IMG/VR virus record: IMGVR_UViG_3300042901_002340 | DNA length: 64,000 nucleotides | Source of the DNA: a virus | Taxonomy: Duplodnaviria > Heunggongvirae > Uroviricota > Caudoviricetes | Strand: one strand, 5' to 3' | Shown here: positions 19,121 to 27,457 of the stretch, piece after piece | How the letters are laid out: each line of letters starts with the position of its first letter | How positions within the stretch are numbered: the first letter of the stretch is position 1 | Position numbers and translations under genes: made by a program | Notes under the pieces: generated by a model | Seen by the model: only the letters and a program-made list of their open reading frames with translations | The model's database searches: none | What the model was told of the DNA's origin: nothing

Positions 19121-20053
19121 TTATTGTATTCTGTTAATCTCTGTAGGTATTTCTAGTCCAACCCTCTGTAAAAATTCCACAAATCTTTCCTTTATTTCTG
19201 GTAATTTGTTTATAAGTTCAAACTCAGGAGAAGTTATTATTTTAAATAACTGTTCAAAAGTTTTAACATCATCAGTAGTATAACCTTTACCTAAAGCAAA
19301 ATCTATAAATTCCTGAGGATCATTAGTAACAAATCTTTCGCTTCCTTCTATTTTCTTAGGATTCTTTAATCTGTCTTTTATCTTCCCTCTGTAAGATTTT
19401 GTATGCCAATATAGACCATCGCTTAAAATAAGAACAGGTGTGTTATAATCCAAGACCTCACCAATTTCATTTCTCTCCATAATCTCCTTCCTTGCCGACA
19501 ATATCGCGGCTAGTAACCAGTTTCTATGTGCCGATTTATATTTACTTTCCCTCGTTTTGTAATTTGGTGAATAATATATAAAATCTGCCCATTTCATGTC
19601 TGACAGTGGTATAAGATCAAGTTGAACTAATCCATTATTCTTGTCACCATTTATTGGCCACCCCAGACTAACTATATTGAGACCCTTCAGATAATTTATC
19701 TCAGTAGTAAATCCAAGAATATCGCCAATACCATTTTTTATTTTATCGTAAATAAACCCAGAACATTCCTTTCTTTCTATCCCATTATCCAGAGAGTACC
19801 AAGTTGCATCATAACCAATATCCAAATCTCCCGATGTATCATCAGGATTTTCTTTCTTCCCTATGCTACCAATGATAACATACTGATCATTTATTTTGTT
19901 TGGGTCTATACCGATGAGAGGAAAAAGATTTTCCTGAATACTTTTTAGCGTTTCGGAAAATTCGTCCTCCCTTATTCTTCTAGAAGTTTTTATAGCTGCC
20001 CCTCCCTCGAATATTGAACTAAATCTAGCAAAATCGATAATCCTATTACTCAT
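19121..20053 (-). CDS. Pol-beta superfamily nucleotidyltransferase
   Basis: IGSIGKK...SGDLDIG (GS + DxD) and third Asp in VQLDLI; leader MSNRIIDFARFSSIFE. Confidence 0.75.
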   Translation of the reverse strand: MSNRIIDFARFSSIFEGGAAIKTSRRIREDEFSETLKSIQENLFPLIGIDPNKINDQYVIIGSIGKKENPDDTSGDLDIGYDATWYSLDNGIERKECSGFIYDKIKNGIGDILGFTTEINYLKGLNIVSLGWPINGDKNNGLVQLDLIPLSDMKWADFIYYSPNYKTRESKYKSAHRNWLLAAILSARKEIMERNEIGEVLDYNTPVLILSDGLYWHTKSYRGKIKDRLKNPKKIEGSERFVTNDPQEFIDFALGKGYTTDDVKTFEQLFKIITSPEFELINKLPEIKERFVEFLQRVGLEIPTEINRIQ

Positions 20054-20604
20054 TATCTTTTTTTCCTAGTTTTTTTATAATATGAATTCATTACATCCTT
20101 TAGATAATCTCTGTATATTTCCTCATCCTTGGATTTAGGATTTTGAGGTGAAAAATCATCACCAAAATATTTTTTACCTCTCAGAACACCAGACTTATAA
20201 AATTCCTCAGCATCCTGCTCAGTCACATTTTTATTCTCTATATGCTCAGCTTCCCATTTTTTAATAATCTCATCTTTTCTTCTTCTTATTTCGTCCTTGT
20301 CAAGATCCTTCCAAGATTTAGTATCTTCACCAGGGGAAAGAAAATCTATAAAGGAAGCAGTTCCTTTTGCAACAGCTCCTGTAACAACAGCAATTGCGCG
20401 GGAAGCACTTTTCATACTGGAAAGGTTAGGATCAGAATCGCTATAATAGCTGCTATATCCGCTATCACCAATACCTATCTGATTTCCAATTTTTCTAAGC
20501 CATCTTGTGAAAGATGTTTTTCCGTGAGCATCATAATATTCAGAATTTCCATATGATTCTTGGATATTAGATTTATTGAATTCATCAAAAGATTTTATAG
20601 TCAT
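20053..20604 (-). CDS. hypothetical protein, putative head-internal protein (leader MTIKSFDEFNKSNIQE)
   Basis: 183 aa; first gene behind a GATATATA element. Confidence 0.65.
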   Translation of the reverse strand: MTIKSFDEFNKSNIQESYGNSEYYDAHGKTSFTRWLRKIGNQIGIGDSGYSSYYSDSDPNLSSMKSASRAIAVVTGAVAKGTASFIDFLSPGEDTKSWKDLDKDEIRRRKDEIIKKWEAEHIENKNVTEQDAEEFYKSGVLRGKKYFGDDFSPQNPKSKDEEIYRDYLKDVMNSYYKKTRKKR

Positions 20605-20622
20605 TAGTAAAAAATGTTTTTC

Positions 20623-20630
20623 TATATATC
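20623..20630 (-). promoter_or_regulatory. GATATATA putative late promoter
   Basis: Motif about 19 nt upstream of the 20604 start. Confidence 0.65.
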
Positions 20631-20641
20631 CTTAATATAAA

Positions 20642-21580
20642 TTAAAGTTTAACGTTGTATATCTTATATTCAAAACCTTCCTTCTTATAAATCTCTATTC
20701 TTTCGATGCTATGTTTAGCAAGATAGCTCTTATATTTTCTTGTACTAAAATCATCAACAAAATCTATGACATTAACCTTTTCCTTACCCTCCATCTTTCT
20801 CATTCCCCTACCCAAACTTTGTTTTATAAGGATTTCGCTCTTGTATGACTCGACAAGAAATATATTATGCAGATTGTTTATTGATATCCCAGTGGAGAAT
20901 GTTCCGTACGTCGCAATTAGGACCTTATTAGAGCCGATTGACATTCTTCTCTTATATTCCTCTCTCAAAGCCTCACTAGTGTCGCCATCAACATAAAACA
21001 CCTCTCTATCGCCATTTAATTCTCTGAGAAGATTCCATATCTGCTTACCGTACTCCTCCTTAACAGATTGGAATAAAACCAGGGAGTTTTTAGATGTCTT
21101 ATTTATGAATTCAGTAACATAATTCAGACGTTTTCTACTTTCAATAACTAACTTTCTTTCAAGATTATAAATCTCGTTACCTTCAACGTTATTATCACTA
21201 AGTTTAAGGTCGGCTAATTTTTCTTTATAGACAGGGTCTAACCAATCCATAGTAACTACCTTTATGGAAACAGGAGTTGCATACCCATTATCAAAAAGAA
21301 AACTGGGTGGGATCTCCATCACAAGGGGTCCAAGAAATTGTTGTATAGTCAAATAGTCAGCAGTTCCCTTTTTGGTCAGAGTTCCTGTTAATCCAAATCT
21401 CCATTTGGAATGCATACATTGGGAAACTATCTTCTTTATCGAGGTACTATTTGTATGATGACAATTACTAACAAGAATTCCATTAGCTATATAATTGTGA
21501 TTTAATCCATCATCCGATAATATCCTGAGATTGTATACATTATCCGATGTTTCTATTTTGCTAATTTTTTTTATCTTCAT
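20642..21580 (-). CDS. uvsW: UvsW-like SF2 helicase, C-terminal part, fused to C-terminal split-intein fragment
   Basis: First 39 aa are IntC, then CHH..., RFGLTGT (III), VFYVDG, ATYGTFSTGISI (V), QSLGRGMR (VI). Confidence 0.92.
   Translation of the reverse strand: MKIKKISKIETSDNVYNLRILSDDGLNHNYIANGILVSNCHHTNSTSIKKIVSQCMHSKWRFGLTGTLTKKGTADYLTIQQFLGPLVMEIPPSFLFDNGYATPVSIKVVTMDWLDPVYKEKLADLKLSDNNVEGNEIYNLERKLVIESRKRLNYVTEFINKTSKNSLVLFQSVKEEYGKQIWNLLRELNGDREVFYVDGDTSEALREEYKRRMSIGSNKVLIATYGTFSTGISINNLHNIFLVESYKSEILIKQSLGRGMRKMEGKEKVNVIDFVDDFSTRKYKSYLAKHSIERIEIYKKEGFEYKIYNVKL
21464..21580 (-). mobile_element. split intein C-fragment (IntC, 39 aa)
   Basis: MKIKKISKIE...VYNLRI (block F)...HNYIANGILVSN (block G) followed by +1 Cys. 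Confidence 0.92.
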
Positions 21581-22397
21581 AATTTTTTATTTTTATAGCT
21601 TTTTCAATTCTGTTAGCTATTTTATCAGATTCTGGTTGTCCATTCAATAAATCCCTTCTATAATTAGCGGAAATCCAATTCTCGTCTATATAGTTGAATT
21701 TATACCCGTTTATTTTACACCATTCGTCTGCTGCATACATCTTATCTAAACAATCCTCCTTCTTATTACGTGGCTTAATCTCATATATTATTTTTTTATC
21801 CATATCACAAAAATCTACTATATAATTGCGTAATTTATTCTTTTTTGAATCAAGGTACTCTATTCTTATGTTCTCATATAGAAAATCGGGATTTATAATA
21901 TAAAATAAAGCTTCCCATGAGGATCTAACTTTAACTATTTTATTTTTTATTAGTACTTCTATTTTTCCACCATAGAGAGAATTATTTACACCAGGCGTAA
22001 AGATCCCACATTTTATTTTCTTTCTAACAATTGAGGATAATTTAATTTTCATTGAATTTTTACTCTCATCCGTCATTCTATGCGACGTGTTATTTAATTT
22101 CTGTTTTTCAGAAAAATCCGCATCCGCACAATTTCTGCAACAGAAATCATTAAGAATCCACTTTCTTCCTGATTTTATTTTTTTTTTATTTTTACATCCA
22201 TTAAATTTGCATATACCATTATCAGGATCACAATAGATTAATAGATCATATAATGTTTCGATGTAATAGGGAATGTCAAATAGATTTGTATTTTTGACAT
22301 TAGTAACAATCCTAGTATTAAAATCAGGGATTTCCCTAACTTTTAATATGGAGAGTCTTCTTGAATTTTCATAAAGATACAGATAAAGTGGATTCAT
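21561..22397 (-). mobile_element. free-standing putative homing endonuclease (Cys-rich/Zn region + TnsA/gp4-like PD-(D/E)XK domain)
   Basis: CKFNGC...FCCRNC; VRSSWE...YEN..IEY...YIVDF...YEIKP; located between IntN and IntC. Confidence 0.78.
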
Positions 22398-22420
22398 ATG
22401 TTTGTATGATGAGGTTTGTT

Positions 22421-23431
22421 TTATATATCAAAAAGCTCATCGTAATAATTAAGAGCATCGACTCTTTTCCATTCACCATTTTTTAATTTAACCTTATGAT
22501 TTCCGGTTACCTTAAGAATCTTTCCACATTCTGTCTCTATCTTGTACATTTGTTTATCTTTATTTAGATTTTTATATACAAATTCCACGGTTCTTTTCTC
22601 CTGCCCATTAGTAATATCGTTAATAGTTAATACGGAATCTCCAATATTAACATCAGATATTTTTTTATAACCGCCATCAGCCATACTTACCAATGAATCC
22701 GGAGATAAACACTCATCTATAAATACGCAATCAACCTCGTCAAAAAAATCAGATTCTCTTTTAACCAGGGATTGGTATGTACCTATTATTATATCGCAGC
22801 CATCCTTGATCTTACTTCCACCACCTATCTGCTGAATCTTCACACCGTCTAATTTATCAAGTCCATATTCCTCAAAATCATCATTACCCTGGAATACAAG
22901 ATTGGAATTGGGTACGATCATAAGGATCTTTCTTACCATTCCTTTTGATTTTAGATATGCAAATATCATAAACGATATAAGTGTCTTACCTGATGAGGTT
23001 GCAACCTCAGAAACTGAATACCTATACCTCAATATCTTCCATGCGGTCTCTATTTGGTAATCTCTAGGCATCTTATCTGGATTACCACCTATACCCCCCT
23101 CGAAAAATTCATTAACCCACTGAGTAAATTCATCAAGCTTAACGTCGTCAGTTACGACGCTGTTTAATCCTTCTATTTTTATATCAATTCTGTATTTCTC
23201 GCCGATATCCAATAATTCCCTCCAGAGACCTATTGGAACTTTCCAGAATCCACCTCTCTTCTCTATGAAACATATAGATCCATCCCAAATCTTTTTCTTG
23301 ACTAGAGGATGGAAAAAATGATTATGTATTTTTTGAGTCAGCGAGATCTCGACTTGCTTTTTCTCAACCTCATCAAGTGCTTCCAAGAGAAGCATCCATT
23401 GATGATCATCAGTTACTCTAAATTTTAACAT
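22421..23431 (-). CDS. uvsW: UvsW-like SF2 helicase, N-terminal part, fused to N-terminal split-intein fragment
   Basis: PRDYQ Q-motif, ATSSGKT Walker A, IVPNSNLV, GTYQSL, VFIDE then IntN. Confidence 0.92.
   Translation of the reverse strand: MLKFRVTDDHQWMLLLEALDEVEKKQVEISLTQKIHNHFFHPLVKKKIWDGSICFIEKRGGFWKVPIGLWRELLDIGEKYRIDIKIEGLNSVVTDDVKLDEFTQWVNEFFEGGIGGNPDKMPRDYQIETAWKILRYRYSVSEVATSSGKTLISFMIFAYLKSKGMVRKILMIVPNSNLVFQGNDDFEEYGLDKLDGVKIQQIGGGSKIKDGCDIIIGTYQSLVKRESDFFDEVDCVFIDECLSPDSLVSMADGGYKKISDVNIGDSVLTINDITNGQEKRTVEFVYKNLNKDKQMYKIETECGKILKVTGNHKVKLKNGEWKRVDALNYYDELFDI
22422..22429 (-). promoter_or_regulatory. GATATATA putative late promoter for the endonuclease, overlapping the IntN stop codon
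   Basis: Minus strand TTT GAT ATA TAA encodes F-D-I-stop and contains GATATATA, 25 nt before the endonuclease ATG. Confidence 0.6.
22424..22711 (-). mobile_element. split intein N-fragment (IntN, 96 aa)
   Basis: CLSPDSLVSMADG (block A), KISDVNIGDSVL, LKVTGNHKV (block B TxxH), WKRVDAL, then stop. Confidence 0.92.
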
Positions 23432-23440
23432 TCTATAATT

Positions 23441-23884
23441 TTATTTTACCGTGGAACCTCTTAGGTAGTCCTCCAGAGCTATTCTCTGACGAACGCCATA
23501 AAGCATATGATCCACTGTTTGTATGGTCTGGTCTATAAACTTACGATGATTCTCCACCAATTCCATTTTTTCCGATATTTCAACCAGATCACCTTCTATC
23601 AGCAACATCTTTTCAGTTGCTCCGTATCTAACATTCATTTGTTCCGAATACTCCCTCATCTTTCTTGCTTTGTCGGACTTGTATTTGGAGCTCAGCTTGG
23701 AAACTATTCCAGCTAGCTTATAGCTATACTCCAAAAGTACTTGCCTGTAGCTGAACATGTCAACTTGAGCTTTTGCTAAGGTTTTTATATCCTTCATGTT
23801 CAATGAAAGAACCTGTATTTTTTCTTTCCATTCCTCCCTTTCGGTTTCGAAAACCTTCCCGAAATCTGTTTTTTGCTCAGACAT
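23441..23884 (-). CDS. UvsY-like recombination mediator
   Basis: 147 aa all-helical protein directly upstream of uvsW; C-terminal pattern FIDQTIQTVDHMLYGVRQRI resembles UvsY. Confidence 0.55.
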   Translation of the reverse strand: MSEQKTDFGKVFETEREEWKEKIQVLSLNMKDIKTLAKAQVDMFSYRQVLLEYSYKLAGIVSKLSSKYKSDKARKMREYSEQMNVRYGATEKMLLIEGDLVEISEKMELVENHRKFIDQTIQTVDHMLYGVRQRIALEDYLRGSTVK

Positions 23885-23885
23885 A

Positions 23886-24131
23886 TTAAAATAGTTTTGG
23901 TTTGTTTTTAGATCCTCTCTTTTTGGGTAGATCTAAAACTTTAATTTCATTTTTATTTTCTACGATCTTTTTTTCAACTGGTTCATTTATTTTAGGCTCC
24001 TCAAAATCTATATCAATATTCAAAGAATCGTCACCAGAAACTATTATAGGAAATTTTATCTTAGATTTCTGATTTCTAGTTATCTCATTCTCCCAATTGT
24101 CTATTAAATTTTGCTGATCAATCTTAGTCAT
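23886..24131 (-). CDS. hypothetical protein (likely start MTKIDQ at 24131)
   Basis: ATG overlaps the primase stop (AATGACTAA); the longer ORF-track start overlaps primase by 77 nt. Confidence 0.55.
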   Translation of the reverse strand: MTKIDQQNLIDNWENEITRNQKSKIKFPIIVSGDDSLNIDIDFEEPKINEPVEKKIVENKNEIKVLDLPKKRGSKNKPKLF

Positions 24132-25188
24132 TGATAAAATATCTGAGGTCAAGTATATCATTCGTAAAATAGTTATCCATCCTTTTAACCTTTTTTCCAA
24201 TTGCTCTTAAGTGTATAACAAGATCATTAAGATCCCATTTTCTATTCTTGGTTATACCGTTCTCCTCGAGAAATTTACCCCAGTTAAAAACGGTCTCTCC
24301 CTTACTTAAAAGATCCATGCTTTTTCCTATTCCTGCTTTATCCCAGTCATAGAAGTATTTTTTGTTTTCGACATCAAAAGGAAATCTGTTCTCAAGCGAA
24401 CATAAACCAACAGAATTTGGCCAAAAGAAAGAATCCATTGGTCCTTCGAAAACTGTTATTTCGTGAGAGAAGTCAAGATTACCGATACCGAAAACATTTG
24501 ATATTGGATCGACATCCCTCGCTCTATCCAAAATGGATTCGTCAGTAATATTAAGTAACTTCTCGTATATTCCACTGAGCTTATAGGTTAAATATTTAGA
24601 ACTTCCTTTTATGGAGTTCATATTTCTAACCTGAAGCCCGATTATTTTCTCATCAGGAGTTAGATTGAACAGAAAGAGTCTTTCCTTTCTTGGATCCCAA
24701 GCAAATTTCATATCTGGCTTTTGGTGTCTCCTAGTAATATACCTATGTATAGAAGATCCGAAGACTTCCTGCAATCTAAGTTTTTTAATGAAATCCGCTC
24801 TAGATATTAATAGATCACTTATATCGTTATCAAAGAAATAAGTTATGTCTATCTTTCCTATGGCTGATCTTCTTTTTGTTTTATTTGTATCTATTATGGA
24901 CCTTAATTCCTCACGCTCCTCCCCACTAAATCTTGAATAGAGGGAAAAATCCTTAAAGAACGAAATTGAATCCTTGTAAATTCCACATCCACCATTATAA
25001 CATTTGTATGCCATAGTATCCATGTAGAAATTACCTCTTTTCTTTCTAGCATCATTCGAGTCTCCACAATAAGGACACGAGAAATTCAAACGATTCCCCG
25101 CTTTATAAACTATCTGTTTATTTGGATCTCTAGAAAATTCCTTTGCTAGAACGTCCCTTACTGCTCTTTCGATTTTATCTAGTTGCAT
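24124..25188 (-). CDS. DNA primase (T4 gp61-like)
   Basis: Zn finger NFSCPYCGDS...YKCYNGGC; TOPRIM VFEGPMDS and YDWD; DLND. Confidence 0.9.
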   Translation of the reverse strand: MQLDKIERAVRDVLAKEFSRDPNKQIVYKAGNRLNFSCPYCGDSNDARKKRGNFYMDTMAYKCYNGGCGIYKDSISFFKDFSLYSRFSGEEREELRSIIDTNKTKRRSAIGKIDITYFFDNDISDLLISRADFIKKLRLQEVFGSSIHRYITRRHQKPDMKFAWDPRKERLFLFNLTPDEKIIGLQVRNMNSIKGSSKYLTYKLSGIYEKLLNITDESILDRARDVDPISNVFGIGNLDFSHEITVFEGPMDSFFWPNSVGLCSLENRFPFDVENKKYFYDWDKAGIGKSMDLLSKGETVFNWGKFLEENGITKNRKWDLNDLVIHLRAIGKKVKRMDNYFTNDILDLRYFIND

Positions 25189-25198
25189 CTTTACAAAA

Positions 25199-25234
25199 TA
25201 AAAAGGGACAACTCGTCTAAGGAGATGTCCCTTT
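25199..25234 (-). terminator. intrinsic terminator after the SSB gene
   Basis: AAAGGGACA...TGTCCCTTT stem with an inner CTC/GAG pair and an A-run. Confidence 0.75.
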
Positions 25235-25245
25235 ATTTCTAATTA

Positions 25246-26226
25246 TTATAGGTCGTTATAAAGATCCTCTAATGAATTTGTTGAACTAGGAGCGCTAGTA
25301 GCTGAAGCAGCGGTATTTGCATACCCACTTACTTTAGTGTTACTAACTTCATCATATAGATCGTTAGCAGCATTACTTGTTTCTGGAGCGGGTTGTCTAG
25401 CAGGTGCTGATTGAGGAGCTGGTCTGGAAGGAGCTGAAGCAGCACCACCTAAGATTTCGTTAAGAACTCTTTGCTCTGGAACGCTGTTTCTGATAACCCC
25501 CATAACTTTCTCAGTAAGATCGTCATCCCAATCCTTATAATCAAAGCTTGTTAGATTCTTAGGTCCTTCGTTTAAATAAGCAAGAATAACCTCCATGTCC
25601 TTTTGGTTTTTCTCCATACCTTTACCATTAACCTTGATTGATGTTTTTTCACCAACGAAAGAGCAAAGGTCATAGTTATTCCACTCGCCAACTTTTCTTA
25701 CACTTACCGAAAATTCTCTTCCTTCAAAAAGATCGAAAGGATTGCAGGGAGCACCATATTCAGGTTGCAATTGAGCCTCGATCATATCGTTAAGCTTTTT
25801 ACCAAACTTGAAGATCATAATCTTCCCTTCTAATTCTGGTCTATTCTTATCTTGTACGATTTGAACTAAAGAATAGAAATCCTCCTTCCTTGCGAAGTTT
25901 TTAGATAACTCCTGATCAGCAGCAGAATGTGAATTCTTAAGTTTCCAGAATAAATCCTTTAATACCGATTTTTTACCAACAGTTGAAGGACAATCTGCAG
26001 AAAACCCGTCACCACTTACTGGATCTTTTAAATATACATAATATTTATGGATTTTTGATTTTGCTGGATTCTCCGGATTTGGTAAGAATCTAATCAATGA
26101 TTTATATACACCATCTTTACCATCCTCTGGATATGGTTTATAAAAATCATCTTTGTCTCCTCCTGTTGTTGGAACTTTTGTTACGAATGCCTCTGCATCC
26201 AAATTGAAAATGTCTAAATTACTCAT
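25246..26226 (-). CDS. single-stranded DNA-binding protein (T4 gp32-like)
   Basis: IRFLP, CPSTVG, FKFGKKL, NPFDLFEG, NYDLCSF, Pro/Ala linker and acidic tail LEDLYNDL. Confidence 0.88.
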   Translation of the reverse strand: MSNLDIFNLDAEAFVTKVPTTGGDKDDFYKPYPEDGKDGVYKSLIRFLPNPENPAKSKIHKYYVYLKDPVSGDGFSADCPSTVGKKSVLKDLFWKLKNSHSAADQELSKNFARKEDFYSLVQIVQDKNRPELEGKIMIFKFGKKLNDMIEAQLQPEYGAPCNPFDLFEGREFSVSVRKVGEWNNYDLCSFVGEKTSIKVNGKGMEKNQKDMEVILAYLNEGPKNLTSFDYKDWDDDLTEKVMGVIRNSVPEQRVLNEILGGAASAPSRPAPQSAPARQPAPETSNAANDLYDEVSNTKVSGYANTAASATSAPSSTNSLEDLYNDL

Positions 26227-26302
26227 CTTTCTTAATTTTTTTAATTTGTTTTTTAATTTGTTTTTAATTCTTTAAATTTTACTTTTGTTTTTACTTTTGT
26301 TT
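26227..26302 (-). repeat. A-rich tandem repeats in the SSB 5' leader
   Basis: Minus strand (AAACAAAAGTAA)x2 then (AAACAAATTAAAA)x2-3 right before the ATG. Confidence 0.7.
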
Positions 26303-26459
26303 CCTCTAATCTTATAATATTACATTTTTTTATTTTTATGGTGAATATCAAACAGCAAAAATACACCAGATAATTATTACCTAGTGTCAAATTGTATATG
26401 ATAAAATATTGATTGCGTGTTCTATGAATTGGGAAGACTCAGACAGAGCCAATAGGACA

Positions 26460-27182
26460 TTACCCCAATTTCTTTGTAGTTTTTTTACTTTTTGATTTTC
26501 CTTTAATAACCTCATTATTTCCTCTTAATTCCTCTTTTAAATACAAATTGACCCAAGTTGAATCGACAACGTCATCTATCGGCTTATTTATTGCCTTAGC
26601 TGGTGTTATCCATTCTGTTTTATTCTCTTCTAATATCTTACAGAATACATTTAAGTTTGTTTCATCCTCTCTTAAATTATATAAGGAGTGATATAATTCA
26701 TCCTTTTTTGCGTTACCCTTTACTGCGAATTTTTTTAAAGTTGTTGGTGAAAAAACATAAAAGTTTTCACTTCCAATTCTATCCATTATTCTTTCTCTCA
26801 GTAAGGCTGTCGCCATAGATATATCTACAAGTGAGTTGCCATTAGACGAAAAACTTAGACCCTCCATTGCTACGTGGAATGGTTCATCGCCCATAACTTC
26901 TAATATAGAACTCCAAAGAACTTCAACAACTTCTAAGAAGTAATCCATTTTTTCTCTTTCCCTAGCAGAATATTCTGTGGTAAATTCTTGTTTTTTTAAT
27001 ACCTTTATAACAAAGCTATCATCAGAATCAAGTATAAAATATGGTTTTTTCTTATTCTTTAATAAAGATTCAAACGTTCTGTCCGATCTTGAAACTGATC
27101 CCCATATATATCTATTATTCTTGAAACAGCAGAATGCGGGGGAGTTCAGAGAAAAGTCGATGCCAACGCAACGTAAATTCAT
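26460..27182 (-). CDS. RuvC-like Holliday junction resolvase
   Basis: GIDFSLNSPA, AMEGLSF, PTTLKKFAVKGNAKKD, DDVVDS. Confidence 0.8.
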   Translation of the reverse strand: MNLRCVGIDFSLNSPAFCCFKNNRYIWGSVSRSDRTFESLLKNKKKPYFILDSDDSFVIKVLKKQEFTTEYSAREREKMDYFLEVVEVLWSSILEVMGDEPFHVAMEGLSFSSNGNSLVDISMATALLRERIMDRIGSENFYVFSPTTLKKFAVKGNAKKDELYHSLYNLREDETNLNVFCKILEENKTEWITPAKAINKPIDDVVDSTWVNLYLKEELRGNNEVIKGKSKSKKTTKKLG

Positions 27183-27193
27183 ATAATTATTTG

Positions 27194-27430
27194 TTACTGG
27201 TTAATATCCTGTTTTTGTCCAACCGAATTTGTTGTTCCATAAACTTTAGATAATTTACCGAAACAGGTCTTAACTTGCTCCTCAGTAAGACAATCTATAA
27301 TATCGTCAAGGACTCTTCTATCGTTACCACAAGCTGCGATAAGTAGATTTTTCATATGATCTTTCTCACCATATAGCGGTTGACCATATTTTGCTTCATT
27401 TAATTCTTTTAAATCGGAGAATGTTTTCAT
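27194..27430 (-). CDS. hypothetical protein, putative head-internal protein (leader MKTFSDLKELNE)
   Basis: 78 aa; leader very close to T4 internal-protein leaders; GATATATA upstream. Confidence 0.65.
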   Translation of the reverse strand: MKTFSDLKELNEAKYGQPLYGEKDHMKNLLIAACGNDRRVLDDIIDCLTEEQVKTCFGKLSKVYGTTNSVGQKQDINQ

Positions 27431-27449
27431 TTTAATTTGTTTGTTTAAG

Positions 27450-27457
27450 TATATATC
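27450..27457 (-). promoter_or_regulatory. GATATATA putative late promoter
   Basis: Motif 20 nt upstream of 27430. Confidence 0.65.

Noticed and set aside
21561-22420. Group I intron or frameshift as the cause of the helicase interruption
   Set aside because: Both flanks carry clear intein blocks with their own stop and start, and there is almost no non-coding sequence to form a ribozyme
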